Source: Leptonemataceae bacterium
GTDB taxonomy: Bacteria; Spirochaetota; Leptospiria; Leptospirales; Leptonemataceae
DNA length: 64,000 nucleotides
Direction of reading: 5' to 3'
Assembly (NCBI GenBank): GCA_965227295.1
Contig: OZ245742.1
Coordinates: 5,376,001-5,440,000, forward strand
Each line of letters starts with the position of its first letter. The stretch's first letter is position 1. The notes below the pieces were generated by a model, which had not been told where the DNA came from, did not search any database, and saw only the letters and a program-made list of their open reading frames with translations. The position numbers were made by a program, and so were the translations under genes. Positions 8,986-18,465 of this stretch are shown here, piece by piece.

Positions 8986-10049
8986 AACTCCCTGGCATCA
9001 TCGTACTAATTCTTAGCGTTCTGTTTTTAAGCAACGGCCTTTCCGCGCAGTCGGACGATCTGATCGTGAGCGGCACGCTGCGAAACGGCACCCGCGGCGG
9101 CGCGCCCACCGGCGCCGAAGAACTCGCGCTCATCCAGCTCGCCGGCGGCATGAGCATCTTACAAACTCTCAAGAATCCCGGGCCGAACTTTCGCTTTCAG
9201 CCCGTCCCCCGTCCGAACTCGCCGCTCCTGTTGCGCGCCGTCTACCAGGGCGAGACATACACCGCCATGATCCCGCCGACGCCGCAAATGCAGAACCGTC
9301 CGCAAACTGTGACCGTCTACGATCCCGGCGCGCCCCGGGACCAGGTGGCCCTGCAATCGGCGCTGCGGGTGACGAAGACCGGTGAGGGCCTGCAGGTGGA
9401 GCAGCTCTTCGTCATTTCCAATCGCTCGCAACCGGAGCGCAGTTGGTCGTTGCGCGATTACGCGATCTACATTCCCCCCGCGGCCGAGGGCGTGCAGGCC
9501 AATCTCACGCACGAGAGTACGCGCATGCCCGTGCCGCTGGACGTGGCGGCATACCCGGAAGCCGGGGAGAACTTTCATCGCCTGGAGCGCGCGGTACGCC
9601 CCGGCGAATCCCAGTTGCAGATCAACTACGCCCTCGCCGACGTCCGCTTCTTCGATCGACTGCCCCGGCACATGGACGCACCGGACGCTAACAGTAACTC
9701 AACAGAAATTACGGACCCGCAGGCCTTTCGCATCGTCATGTGGAGGCCGGAAAACGCGGAGCCGTCCGTCGAAGGCGGCACGGTCATTCCGGAAACCATT
9801 CCCGGCCTCGGCCGGGCCTATCGCGTGGTCTATCCGAACGGCGGCCTCACCTACGACTTCAGCGCCGGCGGCGTCTTCTTCGGCAATCCCATGACATCGG
9901 ACATAAACCCCATCTTCGATACGGATATTAAGACCGGGGCCGGACTCGTTGCGGCGGTACTGCTGTTCTTTTTGTTGATCTCGATCTTCGCGCCGAGAAA
10001 AACAAATGCCACCACCGAGACACCGAGGACGCCGAGCACGGAAGTGTGA
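8982..10049 (+). CDS. Exported, membrane-anchored hypothetical protein of the ccm cluster
   Basis: Signal peptide MKLPGIIVLIL..., beta-rich body and C-terminal TM; ATGA overlap with the previous gene. Confidence 0.7.
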   Translation: MKLPGIIVLILSVLFLSNGLSAQSDDLIVSGTLRNGTRGGAPTGAEELALIQLAGGMSILQTLKNPGPNFRFQPVPRPNSPLLLRAVYQGETYTAMIPPTPQMQNRPQTVTVYDPGAPRDQVALQSALRVTKTGEGLQVEQLFVISNRSQPERSWSLRDYAIYIPPAAEGVQANLTHESTRMPVPLDVAAYPEAGENFHRLERAVRPGESQLQINYALADVRFFDRLPRHMDAPDANSNSTEITDPQAFRIVMWRPENAEPSVEGGTVIPETIPGLGRAYRVVYPNGGLTYDFSAGGVFFGNPMTSDINPIFDTDIKTGAGLVAAVLLFFLLISIFAPRKTNATTETPRTPSTEV

Positions 10050-10088
10050 GCATTCCTCCGGACCCCGGAGCCTCGGTGGTTGGATTCT

Positions 10089-10817
10089 ATGCCGCCGCTA
10101 CTGGAAATTCGTAAACTTCGCCGGAATTACGGTTACCGCCCCGTGGTGCGGGACGTGGATCTCAGCATTGCGTCGGGAGAACTGGTCTGTCTTCTGGGGC
10201 CGAACGGCGCGGGCAAATCCAGCCTGCTGGCCGCGCTCACCTCGCGCAATCCGCCGGACGGCGGCGAGATAATCCTGGACGGCGAAACAAGCGGCGACAC
10301 CGGCTCCCGGCAGCGTTATCTGGCGCGGCTGGGTTTTCTCGGCCACGCCCCCGGCATCTTTCTGGATCTGAGCGCCCGGGAAAATTTGAACTTCTTCTAC
10401 GGATTGCAGCACGCCGACGTGAATGCGAACGAGCGCCGGGAACGCGTGGAGGCATTGCTCCGCAGGGCGGGGCTGGGTGATCGCATGGACGGCGATCGCG
10501 TGCGCACGTTTTCCCGCGGTATGCAGCAACGCCTGGGGTTGTGCCGCGTGTTTTTGAGCCGGCCGCGATTGATTCTCCTGGATGAACCGTTGACCGGCCT
10601 GGATCGCGAGGGCGCGGCGACGCTCGTCGAATTCCTGCGTGAGAGCCTGGCCGGCGGCAGTGCGGCTCTCATCACCACGCACGACGAAGATTTTTTTCAG
10701 GACATTGCACAGCGGTACGTCTTTTTGAAGTCCGGGCGGTTGATCGCCGATGTTCCGGTCGATAAATATACCGATACCGCCCGCAGGAAGGTCCACGACC
10801 TGCTCTACGGCAACTGA
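10089..10817 (+). CDS. ccmA: Heme ABC exporter ATP-binding protein
   Basis: GPNGAGKS, FSRGMQQR, LLDEP, LGHAPGIF..LSARENL; ccm context. Confidence 0.8.
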   Translation: MPPLLEIRKLRRNYGYRPVVRDVDLSIASGELVCLLGPNGAGKSSLLAALTSRNPPDGGEIILDGETSGDTGSRQRYLARLGFLGHAPGIFLDLSARENLNFFYGLQHADVNANERRERVEALLRRAGLGDRMDGDRVRTFSRGMQQRLGLCRVFLSRPRLILLDEPLTGLDREGAATLVEFLRESLAGGSAALITTHDEDFFQDIAQRYVFLKSGRLIADVPVDKYTDTARRKVHDLLYGN

Positions 10818-10827
10818 TGTCCCGACT

Positions 10828-11958
10828 ATGTCTGAACTGGAGTTCGATTCCCATTTTGATAGCGGCGGCCACACGCTGCGCCTGCGCTTCGCCGGCCGGC
10901 TGACCGTCGGTACGAGCTCGGGACCGTGGAAGCGCGTGAACGATTTGCTGGACCGGTTGTCACCGCGCAACGTCGTCGTCGACGCCGCGCAACTCGAGTA
11001 CTGCGACGGCGCCGGCATTGCGTTGTTGCAGCATTGTCGCAAACGCATCGAAGAGGGCGGCGGCACGTTCCGCATCGAACACGGCCGCGACAGCCTGCTG
11101 TCCATGCTGGACCTCTACGGCTCCGCGGATTATCAGAAGCTGGATCAGGCCGGCTCGTTGTTTTCGAATCTGCCCGACGCCCTCGGCCGCATGACCTGGG
11201 CCCTCTTCGAGGAACAGTTCCGCAGGCGTATGGTCTTTCTCGGTGAGTTTTCGTTTCATTTTTTGAACATGCTGATGCGCCCGCTTTCCCTGCGCTGGGG
11301 CGACACGCTCCGCGTCGCCGAACGCGTGGGCGTGGACGCCCTGCCCATCATCCTGCTCATCGGCTTTCTACTGGGACTGATCATGGCCTTTCAATCGGCC
11401 GTGCCCATGCGCATCTACGGAGCCGAACTTTTCGTGGCGAACCTGATCGGCCTGTCGTTATTGCGCGAGCTGGGTCCGTTGATTACGAGCGTGATCCTCG
11501 CCGGCCGCACCGGTTCCTCTTTTGCCGCCGAACTCGGCACCATGAAGATCAACGAGGAGCTCGACGCCATGACGACGATGGGCCTTGAACCGGTGCGTTT
11601 TCTCGTTTTGCCGCGCGTTGTGGCCGCGGTGGCCATGGTGCCGCTGCTTACGATTTTTTTTAATCTCGCCGGTTTGATCGGCGGCCTGGTCGTTCTCAAA
11701 TCGTTCGGTTATCCCGTGGTGGTGTATGTCAATCAGGTGGTCTCGGCGGTATCCATCGGTGATGTAAGCGGCGGCTTGTTCAAGGCGTGCGTCTTCGGCG
11801 CGCTGGTAGCCGGCCTGGGTTGTTACATGGGACTGTCGACGAAGTCCGGTGCCGGGGCGGTGGGTGAATCCACGACGCGCGCGGTGGTGAGCGGCATCAT
11901 CTCGATCGCGGTCGCGGACGGCGTGTTCGCGGTGGTCTTCTTTTTGTTGGATTGGTAG
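10828..11958 (+). CDS. mlaE: MlaE family ABC permease with N-terminal STAS domain
   Basis: RELGPLITSVILAGRTGSSFAAELGTMKINEELDAM, VGESTTRAVV; STAS-like LEYCDGAG. Confidence 0.92.
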   Translation: MSELEFDSHFDSGGHTLRLRFAGRLTVGTSSGPWKRVNDLLDRLSPRNVVVDAAQLEYCDGAGIALLQHCRKRIEEGGGTFRIEHGRDSLLSMLDLYGSADYQKLDQAGSLFSNLPDALGRMTWALFEEQFRRRMVFLGEFSFHFLNMLMRPLSLRWGDTLRVAERVGVDALPIILLIGFLLGLIMAFQSAVPMRIYGAELFVANLIGLSLLRELGPLITSVILAGRTGSSFAAELGTMKINEELDAMTTMGLEPVRFLVLPRVVAAVAMVPLLTIFFNLAGLIGGLVVLKSFGYPVVVYVNQVVSAVSIGDVSGGLFKACVFGALVAGLGCYMGLSTKSGAGAVGESTTRAVVSGIISIAVADGVFAVVFFLLDW

Positions 11959-12073
11959 CTTCGCGATCCGTTCTTGCGCCGGCGTCTTTTCCGGTTATGT
12001 CACGTCGTCGTTTCCCCCGCCGATAATTTCAGGTGGACGTGCCGGTACAACGGCGCCACGATTCACAGCGCTC

Positions 12074-12919
12074 ATGTTGGAAGAAGCAGAACAGGACTTC
12101 AGCTACATTCCGCCGGGACTCTACGACAACGCGGAGACGATCATCCGCGTGGAGAATCTTACGGCGGGTTACGGCGGCGGCACGGTCCTGGAAAACGTTT
12201 CGTTCGAAGTCAAACGCGGTGAGGTCTTTGTGATCCTGGGCGGCTCGGGCTGCGGCAAGTCGACGATGCTGAAACATATGATCGGCCTGTATGAACCGCT
12301 GAACGGCTCCATCTTCATCGAAGGCGACGACATCGTGGGCGCCACGGGCGAACTCCGGCAGCAGATCCTCCGGCGCATCGGCGTGATGTACCAGATGGGT
12401 GCGCTCTTCGGCTCGCTGTCCGTCATACAAAACGTGCGCCTGCCCCTCGAAGAATTCACGGATTTGCCCGACGACGCCATCGATCTCATTGCCCGCATGA
12501 AACTCAGCCTGGTCGGCCTGGACGCCTTTGCGGATCATCGCCCGGATGAACTCAGCGGCGGCATGAAAAAACGCGCGGCCATCGCCCGGGCCATGGCCAT
12601 GGATCCTTCAATTCTGTTTCTGGACGAACCCTCCGCCGGCCTGGACCCGGTGACCTCGGCGGAGCTGGATCATCTCATCGTAAACCTCTCGCATAACCTG
12701 AGCGTGACCTTCGTCGTCGTCACTCACGAACTGCCGAGCATATTCACCATTGCGGATCGGGTCATCATGCTGGATAAACGTACGAAGGGCATCACCGCCG
12801 AGGGCGACCCGGCCCACCTGCGGGACACGTCGACGAATCCCTGGGTGCGGCAGTTCTTCAACCGCGACCCGGTTCCGTTGTCGCCGCAATCCCGGGGCGA
12901 GACGCAGCGCTCCACTTAG
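12074..12919 (+). CDS. mlaF: MlaF-type ABC ATP-binding protein
   Basis: GGSGCGKS, LSGGMKKRAAIARA, FLDEPSAGLDP, VTHEL. Confidence 0.9.
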   Translation: MLEEAEQDFSYIPPGLYDNAETIIRVENLTAGYGGGTVLENVSFEVKRGEVFVILGGSGCGKSTMLKHMIGLYEPLNGSIFIEGDDIVGATGELRQQILRRIGVMYQMGALFGSLSVIQNVRLPLEEFTDLPDDAIDLIARMKLSLVGLDAFADHRPDELSGGMKKRAAIARAMAMDPSILFLDEPSAGLDPVTSAELDHLIVNLSHNLSVTFVVVTHELPSIFTIADRVIMLDKRTKGITAEGDPAHLRDTSTNPWVRQFFNRDPVPLSPQSRGETQRST

Positions 12920-12951
12920 CTTTTCAGGACTAACAACTACTGAGGAAAACC

Positions 12952-13875
12952 ATGCAGGCGAAGTCAGGATTTTTCAAACTCGGCCTTTTTGTTCTCGGTG
13001 CCGTCGCACTGGCGATCGTAGGCCTGCTCTTGCTCGGAGCCGGCCAGGTCTTTCGCGAGACCGTGGACATGGAAACCTACCTGGACGAATCCGTGCAGGG
13101 ACTATCGGTGGGCTCGCCGGTGAAAGAGCGCGGCGTGCAAATCGGCATCGTAAGCGAGATCGACTTCGCACGCAACGTCTACGATCTGGGCGCCGATCGG
13201 GAAAACCTCGGGCGCTACGTCGTCGTTAAAATGAGCCTGCCCGCGAAAGGCAAGTTCCAGCCGGACCGTGTGCACGACGAAATCGAGCGCGGGTTGCGCG
13301 TCCGCCTGGTGGCCCAGGGCATTACCGGCCAGCTCTATCTCGAAGTGGATTATCGCGACGTCGAAGACAACCCGCCCCTGCCCATTACCTGGGTCCCGGA
13401 CTCGTTGTACATTCCGTCGACCCAGAGCGCCATCGCGCGCATCGGCTCGGCGGTGGACGGCATCATCGAACAGGTGGAGCGCACGGACATCGAAAATATT
13501 GCGAGCGACCTGGACGATCTCATTCTCACGGTAACGCGCAGCGTAGAAGGCGCCCGGGTCCAGGCGGCCACCCGGGAAGCGGAACTGTTGATCAAAGAAA
13601 TGCGCGAAACGAACCAGGAACTCAAGAAACTTCTGGCCAGTCGGGAACTACAGGGCCTGCCGAAGGAACTCGACGGCGCCGTAAAGGACATGCGCCGGAC
13701 CACCCGCCGCCTGGACAACGTCATCGCCGGAAACCAGGAAGGCATTACCGAGACCGTGGAGAACCTGCGCAGCGTTTCCCAGGAGATGAAGGAACTCACC
13801 TCCAACGCCAGGGAGTATCCGTCGTTCATCTTTTTCGGCGAGCCGCCGGCCCGCTCCAGCGCCGACCAGCGCTAA
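12952..13875 (+). CDS. mlaD: MlaD/MCE family protein
   Basis: N-terminal TM, SVQGLSVGSPVKERGVQIG, QGITG, coiled-coil tail ending YPSFIFFG. Confidence 0.9.
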   Translation: MQAKSGFFKLGLFVLGAVALAIVGLLLLGAGQVFRETVDMETYLDESVQGLSVGSPVKERGVQIGIVSEIDFARNVYDLGADRENLGRYVVVKMSLPAKGKFQPDRVHDEIERGLRVRLVAQGITGQLYLEVDYRDVEDNPPLPITWVPDSLYIPSTQSAIARIGSAVDGIIEQVERTDIENIASDLDDLILTVTRSVEGARVQAATREAELLIKEMRETNQELKKLLASRELQGLPKELDGAVKDMRRTTRRLDNVIAGNQEGITETVENLRSVSQEMKELTSNAREYPSFIFFGEPPARSSADQR

Positions 13876-13904
13876 CTTACAAACAGAAACCTTTAACAAA
13901 TCCC

Positions 13905-14603
13905 ATGCAACGCCGCCACATCATATTCGTCACCTTCGCCCTGAGCACCACGTTCCTCGCCGCCTGCTTCGAAATGCAACGCGAGTTTCCGGAGAAACGC
14001 CACTTTGTTCTGGAGATCGAACGCGGCGGCGGAAACGCGGCCGACGCGACCGCTTTTTTCGGCGTACTCAAGGTGCGCCGCTTCCGGGTTTCTCCGCGCT
14101 ACTCCGGACGCAGCCTGGTCTATCGCAAGTCGGACGTGATCTTCGAAACGGATTTCTACAACGAATTTTTAACCTCCCCCGGTGCAAACTTAACGGAAGA
14201 GGCCCGGCGCTGGTTTTCCGGCAGCCGCCTCTTCGCCCGGGTTACGGACTCCACGAGCCGCGCCGAGGCCTGCTATTATCTCGAAGCCCAGGTAAACTCA
14301 CTCTACGGCGATCTGCGCAACTCCGGCGCGCCGCGTTCCACCGTGGAGATCCAGTTCTTCGTCCTGAAAACCGACGACTCCGTACTCTTCGACCGGACCT
14401 ACGCCGAATCCGTCAATGCCGGCGCCGGAGACCCCGAGTCGCTGATCGTCGCCATGAACACGGCGATTCAGAACGTACTGGCGAAGTTGGAGTCCGACCT
14501 GGCCGGCTCCGAACTCGGCGACTGCGCGGACCGGTTCGTCGATGATGCCGCGGTGGAGACGTCCGTCGATACCTCCGGGGATTCCGACGACGGCCTCGAT
14601 TGA
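13905..14603 (+). CDS. ABC-transport auxiliary lipoprotein (PqiC-like)
   Basis: Lipobox FLAAC; LVYR..DFYNEF..SP; follows mlaD. Confidence 0.8.
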   Translation: MQRRHIIFVTFALSTTFLAACFEMQREFPEKRHFVLEIERGGGNAADATAFFGVLKVRRFRVSPRYSGRSLVYRKSDVIFETDFYNEFLTSPGANLTEEARRWFSGSRLFARVTDSTSRAEACYYLEAQVNSLYGDLRNSGAPRSTVEIQFFVLKTDDSVLFDRTYAESVNAGAGDPESLIVAMNTAIQNVLAKLESDLAGSELGDCADRFVDDAAVETSVDTSGDSDDGLD

Positions 14604-15439
14604 GCCGCTCTCACGAGTGCCCGAAAAATCTGCCCCTGCTCCGCCTCGAACGGGAGAAACTCGGGATGCCACTGCACCCCGAGAAAAAACCGACGGGCCC
14701 CGATCTCTTCCAGCGCGTACGGTATCTCCGCGCCGTCCCGGGCCGTAATCGCTAAGTTCTTTCCGCTAACTTTTACTCCCTGGTGATGCAACGAATTTAC
14801 GCGAATGGTGCAACGGCCGTCTTCAAAGAAGACCACCTCCGGCCGATCGTCACCCGGCTTCGTTTTCACGCAGGCTTCGTCGAACAACCCGGCGAGACGG
14901 CTTCCGGCATCCACAAAGACCGATTTCACCGGAAAGACCGAACGCACCGCCGGCGTTTCCGTATAATAACCGGAAATTTCCTGAAACAGACTGCCCCCGC
15001 GATGCACGTTCATCAACTGCATGCCGCGGCAAATGCCGAGCACGGGCAGGCCCAGCTGATCGGCTTCCACCAACAGACGGCTCTCCAGGGCGTCGCGCTC
15101 TCGAGATTCCAGGCGGTCGATCTTCGTACTGAAGACGCGTCGCATCATGTAAATCACCGGAAACAATATCGCCCGTAGAATGCGCCGCCAGATCGGGCGC
15201 CGGGAATTCGCCTCCGCCTCGAGGAGCGACGGAGTTTCGCCGTACAATTCGGGGTCTATGTCGGCGCCGCCGCCGATGATCAGACCGTCCAGTTCCACGG
15301 CGATGGCCGGTCGTTTTACGGTAATGCGTCGCGCACGGCCGCCGGCGCGCCGAACCGCCAGCCGCGTAAAGAACCAGGCCGGCCAACCGCCGGCCGAAGG
15401 ACCGGTAACTCCGATGATCGGGCGACTCAGCGGAACCAC
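14468..15439 (-). CDS. Peptidase C26 / gamma-glutamyl-GABA hydrolase family (class I GATase)
   Basis: GGGADIDP, PVLGICRGMQ, VNSLHHQ, GVQWHPE; start uncertain. Confidence 0.92.
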   Translation of the reverse strand: MVPLSRPIIGVTGPSAGGWPAWFFTRLAVRRAGGRARRITVKRPAIAVELDGLIIGGGADIDPELYGETPSLLEAEANSRRPIWRRILRAILFPVIYMMRRVFSTKIDRLESRERDALESRLLVEADQLGLPVLGICRGMQLMNVHRGGSLFQEISGYYTETPAVRSVFPVKSVFVDAGSRLAGLFDEACVKTKPGDDRPEVVFFEDGRCTIRVNSLHHQGVKVSGKNLAITARDGAEIPYALEEIGARRFFLGVQWHPEFLPFEAEQGQIFRALVRAAQSRPSSESPEVSTDVSTAASSTNRSAQSPSSEPARSDSNFASTF

Positions 15440-16467
15440 TCCTCCAGCTTCGCGCGCCAGCCCGCGCCACGGGTGCGCAGGTACTCCGCTGAAAGTTCGC
15501 GCAGGCGTTCTTCGTCGTCGGCCAGGCGTTCGATCTGCACCCAGCGGTTCCATTCAAAAGCCACGGACCACTGCGGATCGTCGATGCGGCAGTCCGGCAT
15601 GCGATAGTGATACGTGGGCCGGCCTTTCACAAGACGCTGCTCGTCCTCCGGCAGGGCGGCGCGAATGTTTGCGCTGCCGTCTTCGCCGGCCGCGTGTATG
15701 AACAGCGGCAGCATGTCCAGGGGGCGATTGCGCGTGGGATTGTCCGCAAGATAGTCCTGAATCAGCGCGTCCAGGTTCGGTTGATAGTCGTTCGCTAAAA
15801 TCTTACGAATGTAAGCTTGCGGAAAGTCTTCAATGTAAGGAGAAAGATACTCCCGTGTAAAATCCGTGGGGGCCTCGTGCTGAAAGGCGTCTTTCAGCAA
15901 CAGAAAGGCGCGCAGGTGATTCAAGAATTCCGTTGCGTTCAGTTTCGCCGCCTCGGGATTGATGTGCAGGCCGAACGCATAAACCACGGACGCGCCGGAA
16001 CCCAGGGCTCGTTCTTTGTGCAGACGCTCGCGCAATTCGTCGAGGGAGCCCAGGTCGTTCATCGGCAGCGGCGGTGTGACGATCTCAAAGGGAATGGCGA
16101 ACTCCGCCACACGCATGAGGACGTCTTCGACGAACTGTTCCAGGGACTCGGCAAGGGTCATACCCTCGCGATCCAGATCCGACAGCGCGTCGATCAAACC
16201 GGAATCTCTTAGAAATTTACGATAGCGCTCCTCTTTGAGCAGCGAGGAGTCCACCTCGACTTCGAAGTCCCCCGAACGGGCCTTCTCCACAGCGTAGAGA
16301 AAGCGATTCTTGCGTTCCACGGTCCCCCCGTAGATGTCCTGGACGATGGCGCAGGCGCGCTCCAGAGGTACGCCGGTGTACTCGAATTCAAAGCCCGCGC
16401 GGCGGATGCGGCCGGTTTCGTTGGTGAGGGTGGGTGGAGATTGAAAAGCTGGCGCAGTTGTGGGCAT
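15427..16467 (-). CDS. Putative amidoligase (COOH-NH2 ligase family)
   Basis: GFEFEY, FEIVTPP, AFGLHINPE, NPTRNRPLDMLP, RPTYHYRMPDC; coupled to the C26 hydrolase. Confidence 0.85.
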   Translation of the reverse strand: MPTTAPAFQSPPTLTNETGRIRRAGFEFEYTGVPLERACAIVQDIYGGTVERKNRFLYAVEKARSGDFEVEVDSSLLKEERYRKFLRDSGLIDALSDLDREGMTLAESLEQFVEDVLMRVAEFAIPFEIVTPPLPMNDLGSLDELRERLHKERALGSGASVVYAFGLHINPEAAKLNATEFLNHLRAFLLLKDAFQHEAPTDFTREYLSPYIEDFPQAYIRKILANDYQPNLDALIQDYLADNPTRNRPLDMLPLFIHAAGEDGSANIRAALPEDEQRLVKGRPTYHYRMPDCRIDDPQWSVAFEWNRWVQIERLADDEERLRELSAEYLRTRGAGWRAKLEEWFR

Positions 16468-16571
16468 GCACCTCTAAGGATAATAAAAAAAGGGCGCAGC
16501 GGCAAACAGGGGGCCCGGCGGGCGAGCGGCGGCCAAACATTACATCAGGAGAACCTTATCCGCCCGCAAGC

Positions 16572-16916
16572 TCACGGCACCAGAATGCTCGCGGCCATAT
16601 CCAGATCTTCCGCGAGGATGACCGACTGCACCCCGCCGAGACTCAGCACCTTGCGCACCGAGGCGTTGGCCCGGGCCACCACGAGCTGGCCGCCCTTCTT
16701 ACGGCAGGACGTGCCGGCAAAAATAATGACGCTGATGATCGAAGAGTCCGCGAGCATGACGTGCTCCATGTCGAGGACGATGTTCGGCGGGCGCGATGCG
16801 AGGACGTCGAGGATGGTCTGGCGCAGGTCCGCCGCAATCACCATGCGCAGTTCGCCGGGGGGAAGCGTTAGTACCGTGTACTGCGGCTTATTGTCGATAT
16901 CGACATCCTCCATCAT
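16572..16916 (-). CDS. STAS domain anti-sigma factor antagonist
   Basis: IVLDMEHVMLADSS, GGQLVV, VRKVLSL. Confidence 0.8.
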   Translation of the reverse strand: MMEDVDIDNKPQYTVLTLPPGELRMVIAADLRQTILDVLASRPPNIVLDMEHVMLADSSIISVIIFAGTSCRKKGGQLVVARANASVRKVLSLGGVQSVILAEDLDMAASILVP

Positions 16917-17000
16917 ATCGCGGAACCATTGTACGTGGTGCAATTTGTAGCAAGTAAAACCGGCGAACTGCGTAAAAAAAACAGCGCAGACTTGGTACAA

Positions 17001-18377
17001 TCAATACAACCGGTAAGGTTCCACCAGCTCTTCAAAGGCGGCCGCTTCCCCGGCCCAGGTCTCGCGAAACCGATCATACGGAAGGTCCGCCTGGAAGGCG
17101 CGCCGGAAATCGTCCCCGCCCCAGAGGACATCCATGAAGAGCTGTCCGCTTTTTCCGTGACGTCGATAGCTCAGCCGGTCCCCGTACAAACGGTGCATGA
17201 TCCTGAGGTACTCGTAGCCGGTGCGCAACGCATCGAAGCGCGTGGAGACCGGCGTGATCTGCACGCCGCGGCACGGTTGATTGCGATAGACCGACGCCGT
17301 CGGCCGAAAGCTTACCTCGGTAATTTCTACTCCCGGTAAGTTGAGCGCGCGCAGTTCTCGCACCACCGTGCGGGAATCGAGCCAGGGCGCACCGCTGTAG
17401 ACGAAGGGCCGGGTGGTGCCGCGCCCGAGGCTGTAATTCACGCCTTCAAAAAACACCAGCCCGGGATAGACCAGCGCGGATTCCAGCGATGGAATGTTCG
17501 GCGACGGATTGATCCAGGACTTACGCAGCGTCGCGTCCGCCGCCGCACGTTCGTAACCGCTCACCCGGACGATGCTCAGCCGCACGCCGGGATACTTCAG
17601 ATCGACCATGAAGCGCGCGTACTCTCCCGGCGTCATGGAGTACAGGAACGGCACCGGTGCTTCGCTGACGAAACTATCGAAGCCGTCTTCCAGGTACGAA
17701 CCCTGGGCCCGCCAGAAGCCGTAGGGATTCGGCCGGTCCAGAATCATCAGCTCCACGCCGAACTCGTCCGCGGCTTCGAGTAAGTACGTGAGCGTCGAGA
17801 CGTAGGTATAACAGCGGACGGGAAGATTCTCGATGTCCACCACGATGACGTCGATGCCCTGGAGATGGCGGGCCTCGGGTTTGCGCCGTTTCGAGTAGAG
17901 ACTCAATATCCGCAGCCCGTGCTCCGGATCAACGCGGATGCCGTCCGGCCCGGCCTCGTCGAGATAACCGTACAGGCCGTGTTCCGGCTCCAGGACCAGG
18001 GCCGGACGCACGCCGGCGTCGAGCATGAGATCGAGCCCGGGCTGGAGATGGCGGTCCCGGCCCGTGGCGTTGGTCAACAGGGCAAAGTTACGATTCCGGA
18101 GCAGTGTAAAGTCGTCGATGGCCAGGGCGTCGAGGCCGGTGAACAGCGGTTCCTCCGAGCGGTTCGGCAACAGTCCCTCGGCCTCCTCCCCGACGTCCGG
18201 GCGGCAGCAGGACGGGAGTTCGTAGATCCGGACCCGGCCGTCCTGGACGACCCGGGCCTCCAGACGGCTTTCCACGGGCTGCATGTAACCGCCGATGCGC
18301 AGCTCAATTTCGCCGGTGGTGCAGCAGGCGGAAATCGCGAGTGCCGCCGCGAGGCTAAGTATGGACTGGAGATTCAA
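17001..18377 (-). CDS. Exo-beta-N-acetylmuramidase NamZ/DUF1343 family lipoprotein
   Basis: PEHG, LSLY, YTYVSTL, LDRPNP, SPNIP, GRGTTRPF, GAPW. Confidence 0.9.
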   Translation of the reverse strand: MNLQSILSLAAALAISACCTTGEIELRIGGYMQPVESRLEARVVQDGRVRIYELPSCCRPDVGEEAEGLLPNRSEEPLFTGLDALAIDDFTLLRNRNFALLTNATGRDRHLQPGLDLMLDAGVRPALVLEPEHGLYGYLDEAGPDGIRVDPEHGLRILSLYSKRRKPEARHLQGIDVIVVDIENLPVRCYTYVSTLTYLLEAADEFGVELMILDRPNPYGFWRAQGSYLEDGFDSFVSEAPVPFLYSMTPGEYARFMVDLKYPGVRLSIVRVSGYERAAADATLRKSWINPSPNIPSLESALVYPGLVFFEGVNYSLGRGTTRPFVYSGAPWLDSRTVVRELRALNLPGVEITEVSFRPTASVYRNQPCRGVQITPVSTRFDALRTGYEYLRIMHRLYGDRLSYRRHGKSGQLFMDVLWGGDDFRRAFQADLPYDRFRETWAGEAAAFEELVEPYRLY

Positions 18378-18465
18378 AATACGACTAAAAGATGGGCAGT
18401 TCCCGGCAACGGGGCGGCCGTTTTTTTATTTTCGGCGCCGGTGCGGCTGGAAACAATGAATTCGC

